DNA of 64,000 nucleotides from Alphaproteobacteria bacterium (GTDB lineage Bacteria; Pseudomonadota; Alphaproteobacteria; CAAHEQ01; UBA3637): NCBI GenBank assembly GCA_017960645.1, contig JAGCYU010000004.1, positions 7,152 to 71,151 of the forward strand, read 5' to 3'. Shown piece by piece: positions 60,937 to 64,000 of this stretch (position 1 is its first letter; each line of letters starts with the position of its first letter). The notes under the pieces were generated by a model. It saw only the letters and a program-made list of their open reading frames with translations, ran no database searches and was not told where the DNA came from. The position numbers and the translations under genes were made by a program.

Positions 60937-60970
60937 AAACACCGCACAAGGTTTTTGTGCGGTGTTTTTG
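60937..60970 (+). terminator. Rho-independent terminator after glyQS
   Basis: AAACACCGCACAA ggttt TTGTGCGGTGTTT stem-loop followed by a T-run. Confidence 0.75.
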
Positions 60971-60998
60971 TACCTGCTTTGTCTTTAAGACAAAAATC

Positions 60999-61027
60999 TT
61001 GACAAATTTTAACTTTTGTGGTATAAT
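60999..61027 (+). promoter_or_regulatory. perfect consensus sigma70 promoter with extended -10 (TTGACA-17-TGgTATAAT)
   Basis: TTGACA at 60999-61004, TG at 61019-61020 and TATAAT at 61022-61027. An AAGGAG RBS follows at 61044-61049, and the ATG at 61057. Confidence 0.7.
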
Positions 61028-61056
61028 GTTGAACCTGTAAGGGAAAGGAGATTATC

Positions 61057-61323
61057 ATGACAAACGAAGAAAACAGAGCTAAAGAAAGAAAAAAATTATT
61101 AATGTATGCACAATTGTTCCGTTTTGGAAGCTATGCATCTATGGGATTGTCTTTGTTAGGATCGCTTGCTGTTATTAGCGCCGCGATTCATGGTAAATCA
61201 GGTAAAGAGGTAGTGGGATATTTGTTAGGGACTTTTATTGCTACCGCTCTTGCTGAGACTTGTCTTGATGCCAGGTTCTGTATTGCCGCTAAAATAAGAG
61301 GGCATGATAAAGGCATATACTGA
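61057..61323 (+). CDS. small two-TM membrane protein (88 aa)
   Basis: Strong promoter and RBS. Basic N-terminus followed by two hydrophobic helices separated by HGKSGKE. Its stop overlaps the next ATG (TGATG). Confidence 0.55.
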   Translation: MTNEENRAKERKKLLMYAQLFRFGSYASMGLSLLGSLAVISAAIHGKSGKEVVGYLLGTFIATALAETCLDARFCIAAKIRGHDKGIY

Positions 61324-61676
61324 TGCCAAATGGTGAAACGCGTTTGGTGTTAAAGTTGAAAAAACATTTGTCACCTGTTAAAGTGGCTGTAATTCCTTTG
61401 AAGCGCAATAATGAACAGATTGTTACTTTGGCGCACCAGATCAAAGAGGATTTATTAAAAACAGGTATCGGGCGAGTTATGTTGGAAGATTCTGGCAATA
61501 TCGGCAAGGCCTATCGTCGTCATGATGAAATTGGTACCCCAATTTGCATTACTGTGGATTTTGAATCTATTGAGCAAAGCCCTGCAACAGTTACTTTGCG
61601 TAACCGTGACACGATGGCACAGGAACGTGTAGCTGTGGCTGATTTGCCAAAATATTTAAAAGAATTCTTTCTGTAA
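61323..61676 (+). CDS. free-standing paralogue of the GlyRS C-terminal anticodon-binding domain (117 aa)
   Basis: ATG-initiated. About 99% amino-acid identity to GlyQS residues ~338-453, while about a quarter of codons differ synonymously. Translationally coupled to the upstream ORF. Confidence 0.6.
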   Translation: MPNGETRLVLKLKKHLSPVKVAVIPLKRNNEQIVTLAHQIKEDLLKTGIGRVMLEDSGNIGKAYRRHDEIGTPICITVDFESIEQSPATVTLRNRDTMAQERVAVADLPKYLKEFFL

Positions 61677-61696
61677 AAAAATTGTAAGGGATTGAT

Positions 61697-61942
61697 ATGT
61701 CGAAAAAAAATGCAAATAATCGATTGGTTAAGAATTTATATCTTGCCAATAAAATATGTGTAGCTATGGCTTTATTAGCCTGGGTCGGCGCTGCTGTTGG
61801 TTTTACTAAAGGACATGAAAAATCTGCAAAACTAGCTCTTTTAGGTGCGGTTGGTTGTTCAGTTGTTGGTACAGCTTGTGCTTTTAGTGCAGATAGGGCT
61901 GATATTTTAAGGAAAAAACGCAAATGCCAAGGGCGTGGATAA
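61697..61942 (+). CDS. small two-TM membrane protein (81 aa), paralogue of the 61057 ORF
   Basis: Same architecture as the 61057 ORF, with a shared KS.K...G.LLG...A..C pattern. The upstream nonamer TGTAAGGGA is also shared with the 61057 ORF's upstream region. Confidence 0.5.
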   Translation: MSKKNANNRLVKNLYLANKICVAMALLAWVGAAVGFTKGHEKSAKLALLGAVGCSVVGTACAFSADRADILRKKRKCQGRG

Positions 61943-61966
61943 TCCTGTATAAAATTAATTAAAAAG

Positions 61967-61999
61967 TCACTTTGAGCCATTTCAAGGTGATTTTTTATT
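61967..61999 (+). terminator. Rho-independent terminator after the small-protein cassette
   Basis: TCACTTTGA gccatt TCAAGGTGA (one G-U pair) followed by TTTTTTATT. Confidence 0.6.
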
Positions 62000-62071
62000 C
62001 CTTTTTTCTTGACACCAATTGCTCAATGTGCTAGGTTGCACTTGAGAACTATTTATATTTGGGGTGTGTTT

Positions 62072-63313
62072 ATGGTTTTATTGGCAAAAATTGATTTAGA
62101 GTGTGAAGAAAGAACATGGCATGAAACATATTGGACGCATGTACTCAGACTTTTGCTTACACTAAAAGAAAAAAAATTGATTCCTAGCGAGATTTTTTAT
62201 CAGGGCGTTTTTCCGGATAAACTTAAGCAGGCACTTGAAAAGTATTCCTATGATTTATTGGGAGTGAAAGGCCAAGATTTAAAGTCTTTGGATGGATCCA
62301 GATATGCACTGCATAAATTATTAGGAGATACAGATGCCGAATTAAAGGCTCCTTTAAAATCTTCTTCTTTTTCTTTATCTAAAGACGCTCTATATATTTT
62401 AGATGAAGCTAATTTTACTTATTATCAGGCACAGCTAGGGATAGATCCTGGACAAATACCAACAAAAAAGCCGACTTTTTGTGAATTATATTGTTTGGAT
62501 AATAAAGGAAAAAAGTCTCAATTAACTCTTGTTCCTTTGGTTCCAGCGAAGGCAACGAAGCAATTTGATAGACGCCAAGGGAGTGTTGGTTTGGTTCCGC
62601 CGTTTTTGCCTTCGGATGCGCCCAGTTCAAAGTATCCGGGGGCTGTTAAGTATACACGTTTAGCAATCGCAGATTCTATAACTGGTCTGCCCAAGCCTGA
62701 GCGTCATGTTGAATTAATGCAAGAATTTTATGAATTATGTTCTGCACAAGAAGGAGTTTTGGTTTTGCTGGATGTGGATCACATGGCTAAGCTGAACGAT
62801 GATAAATCTATTGGATATGCGGGAGTAGACGTCTTATTAGGGCATATTGGAGAAGCTATTAACGAAAGGACTCGCGATACAGATCTTAAATGTCGTTATC
62901 GTGGAGATGAATTCCTTGTGTTTTTAGTAGATTGTTCTCAATCAGATGCAAAGAACGTTGTTAAGCGAGTGCAAGATTATTTATCAGAGTTATTACACAA
63001 GGATCCTGCATCACCTGTTACTACGTTAAGTGCAGGGGTATCTAGTTACCATACAGCTAGCAAGATTGAGTTTGCTCGTGCTTTTCGTGAAGCAGAACTT
63101 GCATTAGACAGAGCAAAAAAAGAAGAGAATCATCATGGCGGAATTGGACATTGTACTATACAGGATAGTATCAACGTTTTTAAGGAAATTTCCGTTGCTA
63201 CCAACAATCCTACAAAAAAATCACCACATTTAAGACGTTTTGAAAAGATATTTGGGATTGATGTACGTGATGATAATGCCTGCATGAGCAATACAGACCA
63301 TGAGCATGAATAA
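62072..63313 (+). CDS. GGDEF-domain protein with degenerate RGDEF motif and uncharacterised N-terminal domain
   Basis: The C-terminal GGDEF fold reads DSITGLP ... LLDVDHMAKLNDDKSIGYAGVDVLL ... RYRGDEFLVFL. The start is placed at the ATG downstream of a TTGACA-17-TAGGTT promoter (62009-62037). Confidence 0.7.
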   Translation: MVLLAKIDLECEERTWHETYWTHVLRLLLTLKEKKLIPSEIFYQGVFPDKLKQALEKYSYDLLGVKGQDLKSLDGSRYALHKLLGDTDAELKAPLKSSSFSLSKDALYILDEANFTYYQAQLGIDPGQIPTKKPTFCELYCLDNKGKKSQLTLVPLVPAKATKQFDRRQGSVGLVPPFLPSDAPSSKYPGAVKYTRLAIADSITGLPKPERHVELMQEFYELCSAQEGVLVLLDVDHMAKLNDDKSIGYAGVDVLLGHIGEAINERTRDTDLKCRYRGDEFLVFLVDCSQSDAKNVVKRVQDYLSELLHKDPASPVTTLSAGVSSYHTASKIEFARAFREAELALDRAKKEENHHGGIGHCTIQDSINVFKEISVATNNPTKKSPHLRRFEKIFGIDVRDDNACMSNTDHEHE

Positions 63314-63395
63314 ACATATTCTGGCTGTCATTTATTAGTCTAAAGTTATTAAGTCATAACTTGATTTTTTACAAAAAATCGGGTATGTTTAGGTT

Positions 63396-64000
63396 ATGAC
63401 AGGTTTATTTGAAACTTTGGCTCATAAGCCGTTGGCGGATAGAATGCGACCAGCCTCATTGGCTGAAGTCGTTGGGCAAGATGTTTTATTGGGACAAAAT
63501 GGACCGTTAGCACGGATGATTGAAAATGATACCTTATCGTCTTTCATCTTGTGGGGGCCGCCTGGTTGTGGCAAAACGACCATAGCGCGCATTTTGGCAG
63601 AAAAAACAAAGTTACAGTTTGTGCAATTATCTGCTGTGTTTTCTGGCGTATCCGATTTACGTAAAGTATTCGATGAAGCAAAACGCGCTCGTATGGCAGG
63701 GCAAGGGACTTTATTATTTGTAGATGAAATTCATCGTTTTAATCGCGCCCAACAAGACAGTTTTTTGCCTTATGTTGAAGATGGAACAATTATTTTGGTG
63801 GGGGCTACAACTGAAAATCCCAGTTTTGAGCTTAACAGCGCCTTGCTCTCTCGTTGTAAAGTATTTGTGCTGAATCGCTTGACACATGAAGCTCTATCTA
63901 TTTTGGCAAAACGTGCTGAAAAAATTATGGAAAAGCCTTTGCCTATTGATGATGTCGGATTAGAATATTTAATGACTTTGGCAGACGGTGATGGCCGATA
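63396..64000 (+). CDS. rarA: replication-associated recombination protein A (RarA/MgsA), 3' end lies outside the window
   Basis: AAA+ P-loop LWGPPGCGKTTIARILA with Walker B LLFVDEIHRFN. Confidence 0.85.
   Translation, partial: MTGLFETLAHKPLADRMRPASLAEVVGQDVLLGQNGPLARMIENDTLSSFILWGPPGCGKTTIARILAEKTKLQFVQLSAVFSGVSDLRKVFDEAKRARMAGQGTLLFVDEIHRFNRAQQDSFLPYVEDGTIILVGATTENPSFELNSALLSRCKVFVLNRLTHEALSILAKRAEKIMEKPLPIDDVGLEYLMTLADGDGR

Noticed and set aside
60932-60937. TTGACA hexamer inside the glyQS terminator stem
   Set aside because: No -10 element lies at 16-19 bp spacing downstream. The functional promoter is the one at 60999-61027.
60550-61507. Two similar minus-strand ORFs (60550-60741 and 61289-61507)
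   Set aside because: They are mirror artefacts of the direct repeat of the glyS 3' end and lie antisense to strongly supported coding sequence.
1-64000. Scan for CRISPR arrays, tRNA, tmRNA and rRNA genes, and IS/transposase ORFs
   Set aside because: I saw no regularly spaced direct repeats of 25-40 bp. No intergenic region is long enough or shows acceptor-stem/T-arm complementarity by eye. No transposase-like ORF is present. A tRNA scan by software would be needed to exclude small RNA genes fully.

Overview
The window is a low-GC bacterial chromosomal segment. Its gene content is alphaproteobacterial: a Tim44-like protein, two-subunit AddAB, IalB, Psd/PssA, MltA, MlaA/MlaC and ParC/ParE. It carries many host-interaction-style genes: two tandem ankyrin-repeat proteins, a C-type-lectin-like secreted protein, a LamG-like surface protein and Cys-rich prepilin-like proteins. 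From this I infer a host-associated or intracellular lifestyle.

Most of the window is densely packed housekeeping operons. These include valS' (3' end only, cut by the window edge), mutL, pgi, lspA, addAB, tsaE, secB, tsaD, trxA, mnmG, parC, rlmN, fabG-acpP-fabF, mltG, glgP, trmB, parE, rpmH-rnpA-yidD-yidC-engB-mnmE, psd-pssA, mutY, a Clp/Hsp100 ATPase, mlaA-mlaC, glyQS and rarA. Many adjacent genes have start/stop overlaps of 1-4 nt. Several promoters are perfect sigma70 consensus (TTGACA-17-TATAAT).

The most unusual structure lies just downstream of glyQS. The last ~350 bp of glyQS is the C-terminal anticodon-binding domain. It is repeated ~400 bp further on as a free-standing, ATG-initiated 117-aa ORF. 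That ORF differs from the glyQS copy almost only at synonymous sites. It is translationally coupled (TGATG) to a small two-TM protein gene and is followed by a paralogous small two-TM protein gene. The unit sits between a Rho-independent terminator plus consensus promoter on one side and another terminator on the other.

Three other things stand out. There is an in-frame run-on of rlmN into a Cys-rich prepilin-like gene. There is a two-gene operon of a LamG-domain membrane-anchored protein plus a 654-aa prepilin-like protein, with no pilus machinery nearby. And four secreted proteins share Cys-rich C-terminal modules. I found no CRISPR array, tRNA, rRNA or obvious IS element.
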